Shown here: in pieces, positions 1-14,573 of the stretch
How the letters are laid out: each line of letters begins with the position of its first letter
How positions within the stretch are numbered: position 1 is the stretch's first letter
NCBI RefSeq assembly: GCF_009914755.1
Contig: NC_060928.1
DNA length: 64,000 bases
Strand: one strand, 5' to 3'
From: the human T2T-CHM13v2.0 reference genome, Homo sapiens
The notes under the pieces: model-generated
Seen by the model: only the letters and a program-made list of their open reading frames with translations
Database searches by the model: none
Told to the model about the DNA's origin: nothing
Translations under genes and position numbers: made by a program

Positions 1-23
1 AAATTTAGGCCCTATATATATGT

Positions 24-1303
24 TTTTAATAGAATGTTTTAAGTTTATAATTGATGCATAAAAATTATCCATATTTGTGGGGTACAATGTGATGTTTTAA
101 TGCATGTATACATAGTATAAAAATCAAATCAGGGTAATTGCAACATCTATTTTAAACATTTAACATTTTCTTGTTGTGACAACATTCAAATTCTTTTCTA
201 GCCATCTTCTTGAAATGTATAATAATAAACCATTATTTGCTATAGTCACCCTACTTTATAATAGAACAAAAAAAGTTATTCTTCCTGTCAAACAGTAGCT
301 TTGTAGCCAATGACCAACCTCTTCCAATCCCCCTATCCCCACTACACTCCCCAGCTTCTGGTAACCACTCCAATTTCACTACTTCTATGAAATTTACTTT
401 CTGAGGTTCCACATATGAGTCAGATCATGCTGTATTTGTCTTTCTGTGCTTGGCTTATCCCACTTAGCATAACGTCCTCTAGGTTCATCCATGTTGCTGC
501 AAATGACAGGATTTTATTCTGTCTTATGATTGAATAGTATTCCATTATGTATGTGTGTATTCCATTATGTGTATACATACACACACACGTATACACACAT
601 ATATATACACATATATACATTTACATATATAACAAATACACATACACACATAAACATATGTCACATTTTTTGATCTATTCATTGTTAGATGGGTATTTAG
701 GTTGACACTGTATGTTGGCTATTGTAAATAGCACTGCAATAAACATGAGTATTCAGACATCTCTTTGAAATTGCAATTTGCTTTGCTTTGGATGTATACC
801 CAGTAATGAAATTGCTGAATAATGTGGGAAGTCTATTTTTAATTTTTTGAGGAACCTCCATACTATTTTCCATAGTGGCTGTACTAATTTTTATTCCCAC
901 CAGCAGTATGTAAGAGTTTCCTTTTCTCTGCATCCTTGACAGCATTTATTATTTTTTAATTTTTGACAATATCCCTTCTAACCTGGAGCGGGTAATACCT
1001 CACTGTGGTTTTAATTTGCATTTCTATAATGATTAGGGATGTTGAACATTTTTTCATATGTTGAACATGTGTTTCAAATGTTGAATATTTCTGCTGGCCA
1101 TTTGTATGTCTCCTTTTGAGAAATGTCTACTTAGGTCTTTCAGTCATTTTTAATTTGAATTATTTATGTTTTTTATATTGATTTGTTTGAGTTTCTTATG
1201 TAGTATAAATATGAACACTTTTTCAGATGCGTAATTTGCATATACTTTCTCTTATTTTATAGGTTTTCTCTTCACTTTTTTATTATTTTCTTTGCTGTAC
1301 AGA
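24..1303 (-). mobile_element. L1 (L1MA-type) 3' end: 3'UTR plus ORF2 C-terminus; non-inverted part of a 5'-inverted insertion
   Basis: Minus-strand ORFs 420-620 (ILSFAATWMNLEDVMLSGISQAQKDKY) and 697-945 resemble the L1 ORF2p C-terminus. L1MA-like 3'UTR (ggggtacaatgtgatgtttt). Homology ends at tttgctgtacaga. Confidence 0.9.
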
Positions 1304-2804
1304 AAAAAAAGAAACATTCAGGCCAATATTCCTGATGAACAAATCCTTAACAAAACGCTAGCAAACAAAATTCAACAACACATTAAAAAGGTTATACACC
1401 ATGATCACATGAGATTTATTCCACAGATGCAAGAATTGTTCACCATATGCAAATCAATAAATGTGATATATTAACAAAATTACTCACAAAAAATTATATG
1501 ATCATTTCAGTAGATGCTGAAAAAACATTCAATACAATTTTAAATCCCTTCACGGTAAAAACCTTAAACGAACTGAATCTAAAAGAAACATACTTTCATA
1601 CAATAAAGGCCATATATGACAAACCTACAACTAACATCATACCAAATAGGTAAAAGTTGAAATCTTATCTTCTGAGATCTGAAAGAAGACAAGGATGCCA
1701 ACTTGTATTTAACATAGTACTGGAAGTTCTAGCCAGAGCAATAATAGGCGAGGAAAAAAAAAAAAAAAAAGGACACCCAAATTGGAAAAGAGGGAATCGA
1801 ATTGTTCTTGTTTGCCAACGACATGATTATGTATAGGAAAACATTAAAGACTCCACCAGAAATTTGGTAGAAGTAATTAATAAACTTAGTAAAGTTTCAG
1901 GATACAAAATCAAGATACAAAAATCAATAGCATTTCTATATGTTGATAGCAAACTATCTGTAAAATAAGTCAAGAAAGCAATTTTATTCACAATAGCTAT
2001 GAAAAAAAAAAGACCTAGAAGTAGATTTCACTAAGGAGATGAAAAGACCTATGCAATGAAGACTGTAAAGCATTGACAAAAGAAATTGAAGAGAGCACAA
2101 ATAAATGAAAAGACATCTTGTGTTCAAGGATTGGAAGAATTAATGTTGTTAATGTTGTTAAAATGTCCATACTACACAAAGCAATCTACAGATTCAATGT
2201 AATCCCTATCAAAATACCAATGACATTATTCCCACAAAGGAAAAAAATCTTTAAATGTATGTGGAAAGGCAAAAGACCCTAGATAAACAAACGAATCCTG
2301 AGCAAAAATAACAAAGCTGGAGGTATCATGACACTCCCTGACTCCAAAATATAGTAACCAAAATAGCATAAAACTGGGTATAGTAACTAAAATAGCATGG
2401 TCCTGGTGAAATAAAAAGCAAAACAGGCATATACATCAAAGGAACCAAGTAGGAAATACAGAAATAAATCTATGCATTTACAGCCCCCCAATTTTTGATA
2501 AACACACCAAGAACATACTCTGGGGAAAGGACAGTCTTTTCAATAAGTGGTGTGGGGGAAACTGGATATCCATGTGTAGAGCAATAAGACTAGACTCCTA
2601 TCATTCATTGTATACAAAAATAAACTCCAATGGATTAAAGACTTAAATGTAAGACTCACAACTTACATGTAAGACTTAAATGTAAGACTCACAACTATGA
2701 AATTACTAGAAGAAAACAAAAAGGAAATGCTTCATCAAATTGGACTGCATAATGATTTTTTTTAGATAGGACCTCAGAGGCACAGTCAACAAAAGTAAAA
2801 ATAG
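1304..2804 (+). mobile_element. L1 ORF2 (RT region) segment, inverted relative to 24-1303
   Basis: ORFs 1292-1653 give degenerate ORF2p RT motifs ([18 protein letters not shown]-like, MIISVDAEKTF, IKAIYDKPT). Homology ends at aaaagtaaaaatag. Confidence 0.9.
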
Positions 2805-2819
2805 TCCAACTTATATATT

Positions 2820-3030
2820 TCTTAGTGCTCTTCTCAGGGCATTGCGTGTGTTAATAAGTCTTCACAACAACACTTTGTGGTAGTTTTAGACAGTGTCCCA
2901 CATTTACCAAAAGGGAACTAAGGCACAAAGTCACTCAGAATACTGCCAAAAGCTGTTCATCAAATGAAAGTAGAGTTGAACCATAAACCCAGTCACCATG
3001 GCTGTAGAACCCATCATTTTAACCATTATG
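2820..3030 (-). mobile_element. MIR SINE
   Basis: MIR-core-like cacatttaccaaaagggaactaaggcacaaag ... ttttaaccattatg. Confidence 0.7.
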
Positions 3031-4385
3031 ATAAATATTCATTGTAAGTATGAGAATTAAACAGTGATATATTTATGCAAGAGCACACTGTATATATAGT
3101 ATTTGAAATAATTAAAATTATATTACATGTATTAACCTTGATTAACCTCAAAAGGTTTATGTGAGGCAAAAAAAAAAAGGTGGTAGAAAGTCAGCTATAG
3201 AATATAAAACATGTATGTACACAAGTTAAAAATATGCAAAAACAAAACCATGTAATCTGTAAATATGTACATATTTTTAAAAGAAAATGACTTGCAGGTG
3301 ATAAGCAATACATTGAGGGTGGTTGTGATTCTGAAGTGGTATTGGGACTAGAGAATACAATTAGGAAGAGGTACATAAGGAGTTTAATAAAATTATTACT
3401 TTTTAGATAAAGAAAGAAGCACTGTCTCATGCATTAAAAACGGCTGTAAAAAAGAAAGAAGCACTGTAGAAGAGAAAGCACATTTGTCATTTATGTGCAT
3501 ATTGGGAATTTTTGATAATTCACTGACTCAGAATGTCATAATGCCAAAAAGTGAGAGGAAACATTTTCAACTCATTAAAGGAAAGTTGAAAGGCTTCCAG
3601 GTGTTGTGTTTAGATTGGGAGCACTGGACATCAACCTGTCCTCTCACAGCTGAGCTCTTCTGAGAATGAGATGCTCTCACATGTTTCCACAGAAACTTAA
3701 AGCCAAGAACATTCTTCAAACAATTTCAATTAAAACAGTCTATATAGATCAACAACATTAGAAGATGAATAAGGAAAAAGATGTAAGGCTTATGATATAA
3801 GAAAAAAATAATGCACAATTCATAGAGCTCAGAAAATCAGCATACTTCTTTAATAAACTTCCATCAGCAGGTAGAATAAAATTTGAGAAAACTGTCACAT
3901 GTAAAGATGTATTACAAGTGAGACATTCATGGAAAATATCATAAAGCAATAAAGTGAGAAAAGGATCAAATAAAAGGCCACCACGATGTGATAATGAGCC
4001 ACCAGTATTAAAATTAAGTGAAAGCTATTCTCTTAATAGCTCTCCTTAAGAGGAAGTAGTTATTGATGTGATACAACAGCATTTAAATGTGCATGCATAA
4101 AAAGTAACTCAAAGGTTTTCCACTAGGAGATATTGCAGTGGAACGAATTGTACTGCATGAACTTCCTGAAACAAAATTGTGAGAACAAAAACACTAAATA
4201 GAGATAGCCCAATTTATAATAGAATTAGAGAGTTCTAAGTTTCTAACATAGATGATACTTTATTTTTAACAATATGAACTTGCAGTATGATAGAGAATAA
4301 TCAGAATATAAAAATCAACTATGGATAGAAATGACTTGAACAATATAAACTAGTAATAAGAATGAGGATCTGTCATAAGTAAGCC

Positions 4386-4387
<2 letters not shown>

Positions 4388-4421
<34 letters not shown>
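4388..4421. repeat. (AC)n microsatellite
   Basis: Perfect AC run. Confidence 0.95.
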
Positions 4422-4424
<3 letters not shown>

Positions 4425-4709
4425 AAAACTAGATAGAAATTTGTATATCTCATAAAAAGTGTCTCAATGTAGTTAGATGTAGATAGTATAAGGTTGGCAA
4501 TCTGAAGTGTTAGGCCTTTGGGCTTTTTTTACTAACTGGTTTACTTAATGTAGCATATGCTTTCCACTGAATTCATGATACCTTGACTCATAGTCCAAGG
4601 AGACCGAAGCTCTAGTCATCATGTCTACATTTCAGCTATGCAAGCTTAAGAAATCTATCTAAAAGTATCACCTAATATTTCTGCTGACATCTCATTTATT
4701 ATAACTTAG

Positions 4710-4958
<249 letters not shown>

Positions 4959-5147
4959 TAAAATACAGGAAATTTTCTCTGAAGAAAAATGAAGGTCATG
5001 TGCTTGGAGTGTACCACAGAGATGGCATCAAATGTCTCAGTGATGATAGGTGCAGATCTGTCCATTTTACTATCATTTCAAATGGTATATATTTTTATAC
5101 TTGAGACATATATAAATAATATTAACTTTTATAAATCAATTTTAAAA

Positions 5148-5293
5148 GGTTAGCACAGTGGTGCATGCACCTGTAGTCCCAGTTGCTTGACAGGCTGAGA
5201 AGAGAGCATCCCTTGTGCCCCTAGGGTTTGAGTAGTTTGAAACTACCCTAGGTAACATTGTGAGGACGCCCCTATCTCAATAATAATAATAAT
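5148..5293 (+). mobile_element. Monomeric Alu (FLAM/FAM-like)
   Basis: cctgtagtcccag...ggctgag...tctc followed by an (aat)n tail. Confidence 0.75.
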
Positions 5294-5562
5294 GATAAAC
5301 CATTAAAAAGTTGAAAATGCATTTAGTACACCGAACCTACCAAACATCATAGCTTAACATAGACTACCATTAATGTGTTCAGAACATTTACATTAGTCTG
5401 CAGTTGGGCAGAATTACCTAACACAAAGCCTTTTTTATAATAAAGTGTTAAATATCTCATGTAATGTATTGAATACTGTAATGTAAATGGAAAAACAGAA
5501 TGGTTGTGTGGGTACCATGGTAAAGCAAAAAATTGTAAATCAAACCATTGTAAGTCAAGGAT
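5294..5562 (+). mobile_element. MER47A-like Tigger MITE, 5' end missing
   Basis: Colinear with the copy starting at 20327 (ctaacacaaagcct..ttataata..gtgtt); ends near cattgtaagtcaagg. Confidence 0.75.
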
Positions 5563-5619
5563 TGGCCGTAGAGACACATACACATACACTATGTACTGCT
5601 ACCAACTTTTCCTTCAAGA

Positions 5620-5977
5620 CTGAGACTACTTTCATCAGCTTCATGGGCAGACTAAGGATGTATCTGACTGTCTCAGTTGAGTGTCACTCTGCACAGTTGC
5701 TTCACACAAGGTCATGTCCTCCTCCCTCTGAAGAGAGGCCATGTTTAATGTCTCATCTACGTGGGGGTAAGAAGAATGGTATAAAGATCTAACCCCCGCA
5801 CCTAAAGCCATTAAAGCTCTGTTGAAACTTTTGTTGTAACTGAATTCAACTCTTCCCCGCTCCCAATCTGACTTCCTTCTCTTCCTTCAAAGATTATTCC
5901 TCAAGGCACTCCCCAATACATTTTTCCTAAATGCAATTACCCATTTCAGAGTCAATCTTCCAGAAAACCACCTAAGA
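5620..5977 (+). mobile_element. Old ERVL-class solo LTR remnant (LTR16/LTR33-like)
   Basis: 3' end ccatttcagagtcaatcttccagaaaaccacctaaga resembles ERVL LTR termini; highly diverged. Confidence 0.4.
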
Positions 5978-5989
5978 AAAAGAGGCTTA

Positions 5990-6289
<300 letters not shown>

Positions 6290-7519
6290 AGGTCTAATGC
6301 CTATGAGTTCACAAAAAATTAATCAATTATTAGATAATAGATTGCATAAAAATTGGAAGTGTTTAATGACAAACCATTGATGAACACACTTGTAAAAAAG
6401 CCATTTTTTTGTTTTCATAATAATACATGAGCACTACTTAATTTTGCAAATGCTTCCCTATTTAAGATTTTTAGAGGAACCAAGAAATATCTAATGTATT
6501 TCAAACCGCTGTATAAATTATATGTATCATAGATGAATTATTAATTCCCAAAGTGTTAAAATGCAAGACAGTTTGAAGGGAAGAAGGGATGCTAAATAAA
6601 TCAATGGTGATTTTAATAAACTAGAATCTTTTAGGTACTAAATCTGTCTGCATCTGATCTGAATTGCAATTACCTGTCAAAAATTCATCCATCATCACAA
6701 GCTCCAAACAAAGTTTCTTGGCAGCAGATGTTTGAGAAAAGCGATTTTGTGTGGCAAATTTTTCTTGTGGCTTACAACATCCTCAGAAATGAAAAAAATT
6801 TCTGGAAACAATTGTGTACAACTCAGCTATAACCTGTTAGGTATAAAAAGTCATGGTTTACTTAGTTTATGTAATTTATAAATACATGCCCTATACAAAA
6901 AACATTCATTCATAAATAAATGGTTTGACTTCCATTGTTTCTAACATGCATAAACTTTTATTTCAATGTATTACAGGAATACATGGAAATGTATGTTGAT
7001 AATAAATTTGAAGGAAACATTCTAATTTCTTAGTTTTTTCACTTTAAATTGGTTGTAAATAGTATTTAGATAAAATAAATTCAATATAGCCGTACTTTGT
7101 ACTCTCTATTGATAACTTAGAAGGGTCCCAGAAATAGCATCTACAACAATTTGATAAAAGCTGTAATTAGGGAGGAATATTATTGGTTAAAAAACAAACT
7201 ATTTTTTTTAACCTTAACTCCTTCACATTTATCTTTTCACTGAAAATAATATTGCCAGTTTTTTAAGGTTTTGTTGCCAGAAAGTGCATTTCTAATTTGA
7301 CTTTTAACTAAAAGTTGTTTATAAGTAAGTATACTGTCTGGAGTACATTTTCTAATTAATGGTTTATTGATTCACTTACACATTAAATGTATGAATGCTT
7401 TTTGTCCATTTTTTTACTCATAATATGTTTACAAAATATTTATTATTTTGTGAGCAAAAACCGAGTATCTTTAAAATAAAACATGAAATAATACCTTGTG
7501 ACTTAAATAAAAAAAATTT

Positions 7520-8390
7520 TTTCTATAGTTTTCTTAGATAAGTAAAAGAAAACAATATACATAAATTTCCAAACAGATATGATAAAGTTGACTTCTTGAT
7601 TTAAAATATCTGCTATTCAAAAATAGCAGATATATCATCAAGAAAGTGAATAGAAATGTCATCAAGAAAATGAATAGAAATGTCACAGATTGGGAGAAAA
7701 TATCCATAAAACATATAAAAAGATCTCCTATAACTCAGTAATGAAAAGACAAAAATTTCCAATGAAAACATGGAAAAGTCTTTAAATAAAATTATCAAGG
7801 ATTTACAAATATCCAAAAACATAAACATAAAAATTGCTTAACCTTATCACTATCATAACTTTAGTTATTTTGTACTAAAGTGAAGTGATAATTGAATGTA
7901 GCTAAAAATGGGCAATATACGGTTCCTTGTGATGACAGATCTATTCTGTATCTTACCTTTATCATATCAATATTCTAGATGTGGTATTATATTATTGTCC
8001 AGCATGTTCAATTAGAGGAAACTGGATAAAGATTATACAGAATCTCTTTGCATTTTTTTTCAAATTTCATGTGAATCTAAGATTATCTTGAAAGAATGTA
8101 TAATTCAGAAGGTAAATAAAAAACTAGAAATAGATGAACAATTTGAATCTACTTAAGTAGCAAAAATGTCATAACAAAGCTTGAGCACAAATCAGTGAAG
8201 TAGGTAATAGAGAAATGAGACAAAAGTAGCAAGGAAAAAAGGTAGTACCTTGAAAAGATCAATAATACTGAAAAACTTCTAACAACTTTGAGAAAGGCAA
8301 AGAAAGGAGATGTGAGAGAAACAGGAATGTATGGACCACTCTATGACAAACAAATTTTACAACTTAAAGAATGTAAATTTAAGATAAAGC
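7520..8390 (+). mobile_element. Old L1M fragments (ORF2 C-terminus and L1MC-like 3' piece)
   Basis: Degenerate L1 phrases (cacagattgggagaaaatat; ggttccttgtgatgacagatctattctgtatct; tgaaaagatcaataa). Confidence 0.55.
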
Positions 8391-8395
8391 AGAAA

Positions 8396-9108
8396 ATTTT
8401 ATTTTTTATTTTTTAAAATTTTAGATTCAGGGGGTACATGTGGAAACATTTACACGAATATTACTTGTGTAATGGTGGGTATTGGGCTTCCTGTCCAGTC
8501 ATCATCCAAATATAAATATTGTATCCAATAGGAATTTTGGAAAGTTACCAATGTCTATTATCTGCATCTTTATGTCCATGTGTATCCACTGTTTAGCTCT
8601 CACTTATAAGTGAGAAAAAGTATATTTGATATGCTTCTGAGTTAGTTGACCTAGGATAATAACCTCCAGCTCCATTCATGTTGCTACTAACAACATGATT
8701 TTTTTTTCACTGTGGCTGCATAGTATTCCATGGTATATATATACCACATTTTATTTACCCAAGAAACCACTGGTGAAAACTTAGGTTGGTTCCATGACTT
8801 TGCTATTGTGAATAGTGCTGCAATAAACATCTAAGTGGAGGTGTCTTGTTTATATAATCCTTTCTTTTCCACTGGGTAGATTCCCAGTAGGCGGTTAGTG
8901 GGTCAAATGGTAGTTCTATTTTTAATTTTTTGAAATTTTTCCATTCGGTTTTCAGTAAGGTTTGAACTAATTTACATTCCTACCAATCATATCTAAGTGT
9001 TCTCTTTTCTCCACATCTAGCTAACATCTGTTGGTTTTTGACTTCTTAATAAAAGCCATTCTGATTTGTGTAAGATTATATTTCTGTGATTTTTAATGTG
9101 CATTTCTC
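8396..9108 (-). mobile_element. L1PB-like 3' end, 5'-truncated
   Basis: T-rich tail followed by tagattcagggggtacatgtg and L1 3'UTR/ORF2 C-terminal sequence; inserted into an older plus-strand L1M. Confidence 0.85.
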
Positions 9109-9109
9109 A

Positions 9110-10735
9110 AAACGGAAAACTTCAAAACCCTACATTTGCTTAAAAAAAAACTAAATTTATTATTTGAAAAATTTCCACAAAGATCTACAAATACAAATAG
9201 TTTTCCTGGTGGGTTACTAAGTAGATATATATGTATAAATAAAGTCTACGGAAAGGGGGGAACTTTGCTCCAGGAAAGGAAGGAACACATACACACTTTT
9301 TCCATGAAATCAGCATTAACTTGAAACAAACACTGAATAAAAGTATTGTAAATTATTTATAGATCAATGGCTTTCATAAATACAAATGCTTAACAAATTA
9401 TAAATGAATCAAATTCAGTAATATTTAAACAGGATAATATGTTACATCTAAAAGCTATTTTCCCCAGGAACATTAATTTATGTTTACATGCACAAATTTC
9501 TTAAAGTATTTCACTATAGTAATAAAATTTAAAAATAATATAATTATCTCAATAAATAAAGATAAATTTGTCATAATTTAAAACCCATTCATGATGAATA
9601 TCCTGAGCAAGTTAGAAAGAAAATCAACGTCTTCAATTCAATAAAGTGTATCTATTAAAAACCTACAGTATTATCCTGAAATATTAAATATTTCCCCTAA
9701 TGTAGTGATGAAGTCAGGCACATAGGCACCTAGAATTTTTTTCAACCATGCGCTAGAGAAATTATCCATTGCATTAAAGCAAGAAAAATAAATTAAAGGC
9801 ATCTATATCAGAAGGGAAGCAGTAAAACTTTATTTTCACAGATGAAATGACTGTTTACATAGAAAATCCTAAAGAATCTACAAGATGAATATAAAAAGTA
9901 ATTAGAGAATCTAGAAATGTTCCAGGTAAAAAGTCAAGTCAATACACAAAAATGTATTTCATTTTTTATGCAAGCTTTAAACAATTTAAACAAAGATGTT
10001 AAAAAATATCTTACAATAGTATCAGAGAGCATAAGATAAATAGGAGTACATTTCACAAAATATTTCCAAGATTGTTAAAACTGTGCAACATTGCTGAGAG
10101 AAAATAATGAAGACCTAAATAAATGGAGAATAATCACATGTGTATGAATTGAACCCTCAATGCATTTAAGTTATTCATTGTCTCCCAAATAAAAATTGCT
10201 TTTTAACATAGAATATCTTTCTTATAGAAAGTAATGATCTTCTTATATTTATATTTAAAAAGCAAAAGTTCTGGAACTGCTGAAAAAAGCTTGAAAAATT
10301 AAATTGAAGCATTTAAAGTTGATCTAAAGTTGACTTTACATCAAGATTCTGCAAAACTACATAGTCAAGAGAGTGCTATGTTTTTATTATAACTAAAAAT
10401 TGTTAGTGGAAGAGTTTCAGAAGTAAAACTGCAAACACAGGGGCAATTGATTTTGACAAAGATGCCAAAGTAATTCCACAGACAAATCAAATAATTTTTA
10501 ATTTTGCTGGAACAACTTGATTTCTATATGGAAAAAACTGACCAACTTTTTACACCACACACACATATTAGAAAAGTATTATAAACTTAAAATTAGAATT
10601 TAAAATGTTACAGCTTCTGAAAGAATACAGAAAATGTATTCGATGCCTCTGTGTAGGCAACAATTTCTGAATCTAAATCCAAAAAGCGACAACATCAAAA
10701 TTATAAATTGCATCTCATTAAAATAAAGACTTATT
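9110..10735 (+). mobile_element. Old L1M ORF2 fragment
   Basis: Degenerate ORF2 phrases (cacagatgaaatgactgtttacatagaaaatcctaaagaatctaca; attgattttgacaaagatgccaa). Confidence 0.75.
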
Positions 10736-10765
10736 ATATGGACTCTCATTCATTGTTGGTGGTAA

Positions 10766-11093
<328 letters not shown>

Positions 11094-11527
11094 TAATTTG
11101 GCCATTTCTTATGAAACTAAACATACTCTTACCACACAGGCCACCAAACATGGTCTTTGGTATTTACCTATGAACAAGATTGTATTTAGCCTTACAGAGA
11201 GTTTATTCATAATTGCCCAAACTTGGAATGCATCAAGATGTCCTTCAATAGGTGAATGGATAAATACACTGTGCTATACTCATACAATTAAATATTATTT
11301 AGTGTAAATAAATTAACTATCAAAACACTAAAATACATAGGGGGATCTTAAATGCCTATTGTTAAGTGAAAGGAACCAATTTGACTACATACTGCATGAT
11401 TCCACTATATGACATTCTGGAAAAGGCAAAACTATGGAGACAATAAAAGTTGGGGGCTGAGGGAGAGATGTATAGGTGAATAGGTGGCACACAGAAAATT
11501 TTTAGAGCAGTGAAACTATTGTGTGTA

Positions 11528-11848
<321 letters not shown>

Positions 11849-12127
11849 AATTGTGTATGATATTCTAATGGTTGATACATGTCCTTATAAATGTGTCAAA
11901 ACCTCTAGAATATATAACAAAAGAATGAATCTTAATGTAATAAACTATAGACTGGTTGATAATGAGGTGTCAGTGTTGGTTTGTGAAATGTAATAAATGT
12001 ACCACAACGATGTGGGTATTGATGGTAGGGGAGGGTTTGTGTGTGGGTGGAAAGGAGATATGTGGAAACTAATTTCTCCTCCATTTTGCTTTGAACCAAA
12101 AACTGCTCTAAAAATTAAAGTCTATTA

Positions 12128-12427
<300 letters not shown>

Positions 12428-12631
12428 TCTAACTCTTTTAAATTAACTTATTTTGGTTAAAATTTATCAAAACCACTACTAAGAAAATAAATATGGTAGA
12501 CAAAACAAATGCTGAATATTTGTAAAGCACTTACTAATAAAAAACTTATGATCAGAAAACATAAATAATTTCTCCAATTCACGGCTAAGACAAGGAAAGC
12601 TCAAAATGAGCCTGCAATAACTTTTTCACTG

Positions 12632-12894
12632 CAGGTTGAGCTTCCTTATCCCAAAAACCTGAAATCCAAAACATTTCAAAATCCAAAGCTTTTGAATGCT
12701 GACATGGTGCCACAAGTGGAATATTCCACACTTAGCCACATGGGACCACTCGCAGTCCAAACACAATCTAAACTTTGTTTCATACACAAAATTACTTAAG
12801 ACATTGTAAAACGCTACATTCAGGCTATGCATGTAAAGTGCATATAAAACATAAACAACTTTTTTGTTTAGACTTGGGTTCCGTCCCCAAGATA

Positions 12895-12947
<53 letters not shown>

Positions 12948-13034
12948 TATATATTCAAATATTCCAAAATAAAAAAAAATGAAATCCAAAACACTTCTGA
13001 TATCAATCATTTCAGACAGGAGATGTTCAATCTG
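12632..13034 (-). mobile_element. Tigger4/MER46-type MITE with internal (TA)n(CA)n
   Basis: Terminal inverted repeats caggttgag... / ...gttcaatctg; microsatellite at about 12899-12953. Confidence 0.8.
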
Positions 13035-13039
13035 TAGAA

Positions 13040-13730
13040 AATAAATACTCAAAACCCTTTATTAAGGTAGAATACTAATTGTAAAATCAGTAAGTGCAAA
13101 AACCAGTGGGTGAAAGGTGAGATGAGAAAGCATATTTTCATAGTTTCAAAATAGATTCCTTGATATTAGTTATCAATTATAAAGGGGCAAATAATTTTAC
13201 TACAATGGGAAAACATTGAGAATACAACTTTAATCACATGACTAATGTTAGCATTATCTATAATAGGATAAACAAAATCACATTCTTTCAATGATGCACT
13301 AAGAAACCCAATTTTATGTTTGCCAAAGCATGTATAACCTAAATTTAAGCATAAAGAAATATGAGAAACACCAAAGTTGAGAAATATTTTATAAAATAAC
13401 TGCCTAGCTCAGAAAAGATAAAGGCCAAGAAAGTGTCCCAGATTAAAGGAAATTGTCAATACACAAATCCAATGCATTATTTGAGGCTGGATCCTGGACT
13501 GAAAAAAAAAAAGTATAGCTCTGTAATTTACTCTGAAACAGTTATATTTAAAATGTACTGCAGATTAGATAATAAGATTGTATCAGTGATATGTTTTCTG
13601 AGTTTTTTACTGTACTGTGATTCATGCATTGAACATTTGGATTAATGTCCTTATTTGGTTAATAACAAATGCAAGTAATTAGGGACAAATGATGATGTTT
13701 CTAACTTATTCTCAAATGGCAATCTTCCCT
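13040..13730 (+). mobile_element. Old L1M (L1MC/ME) 3' fragment
   Basis: gtcccagattaaagga..., ctggatcctggactgaaaaa, taacttattctcaaatgg. Confidence 0.6.
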
Positions 13731-13844
13731 TAGGATGTTAGTACCAGACTGTAAACATAACAGTGCAAACTAAAACCATACAAAGCAATCTTAAATCTCA
13801 ATAAGAAAAATTAATATTCTGGGATCTTTAAGCATTATTGATTG

Positions 13845-14112
13845 AACATTAAAAACTATCTTATTCTTACTTATAAATGCATAGAAAAATTAAAAACAGT
13901 AAAATGCATATTTATGTTATACACCATAATTTATAGCAATACATACAATTAATTTATTTTATTCATGTGTATAAAACATCAAAACTATCTTATTCTTACT
14001 TATAAATGTATACAAAAATTAAAAGTAGTAAAATGTATATTTATGTTACACACCATGATTTTAAATATTAGCAATACATACAATTAATTTATTTTATTCA
14101 TTTGTATAAAAC
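13845..14112. repeat. Two-copy tandem duplication, unit about 130 bp
   Basis: aaaactatcttattcttacttataaatg...tagcaatacatacaattaatttattttattcat(g/t)tgtataaaac occurs twice head to tail. Confidence 0.95.
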
Positions 14113-14281
14113 TTATCAAGAGTAATTTGAACAGTGCTCATCTTTTCTTAATGTGAAATTTACATATAAGTGAGCACCATTTTTATAACTTAGTGAATTA
14201 TTATTCTACTTCCTAAATTTGAATTTACTTCTAACATATTATCCCTTGCATTTTCAATATCATGAAGCATCTTTGAGAGAT

Positions 14282-14573
<292 letters not shown>

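Noticed and set aside
2638-2698. Short tandem duplications inside repeats (also 7634-7686, 20749-20770, 61139-61170)
   Set aside because: Ordinary slippage duplications within degenerate transposons.
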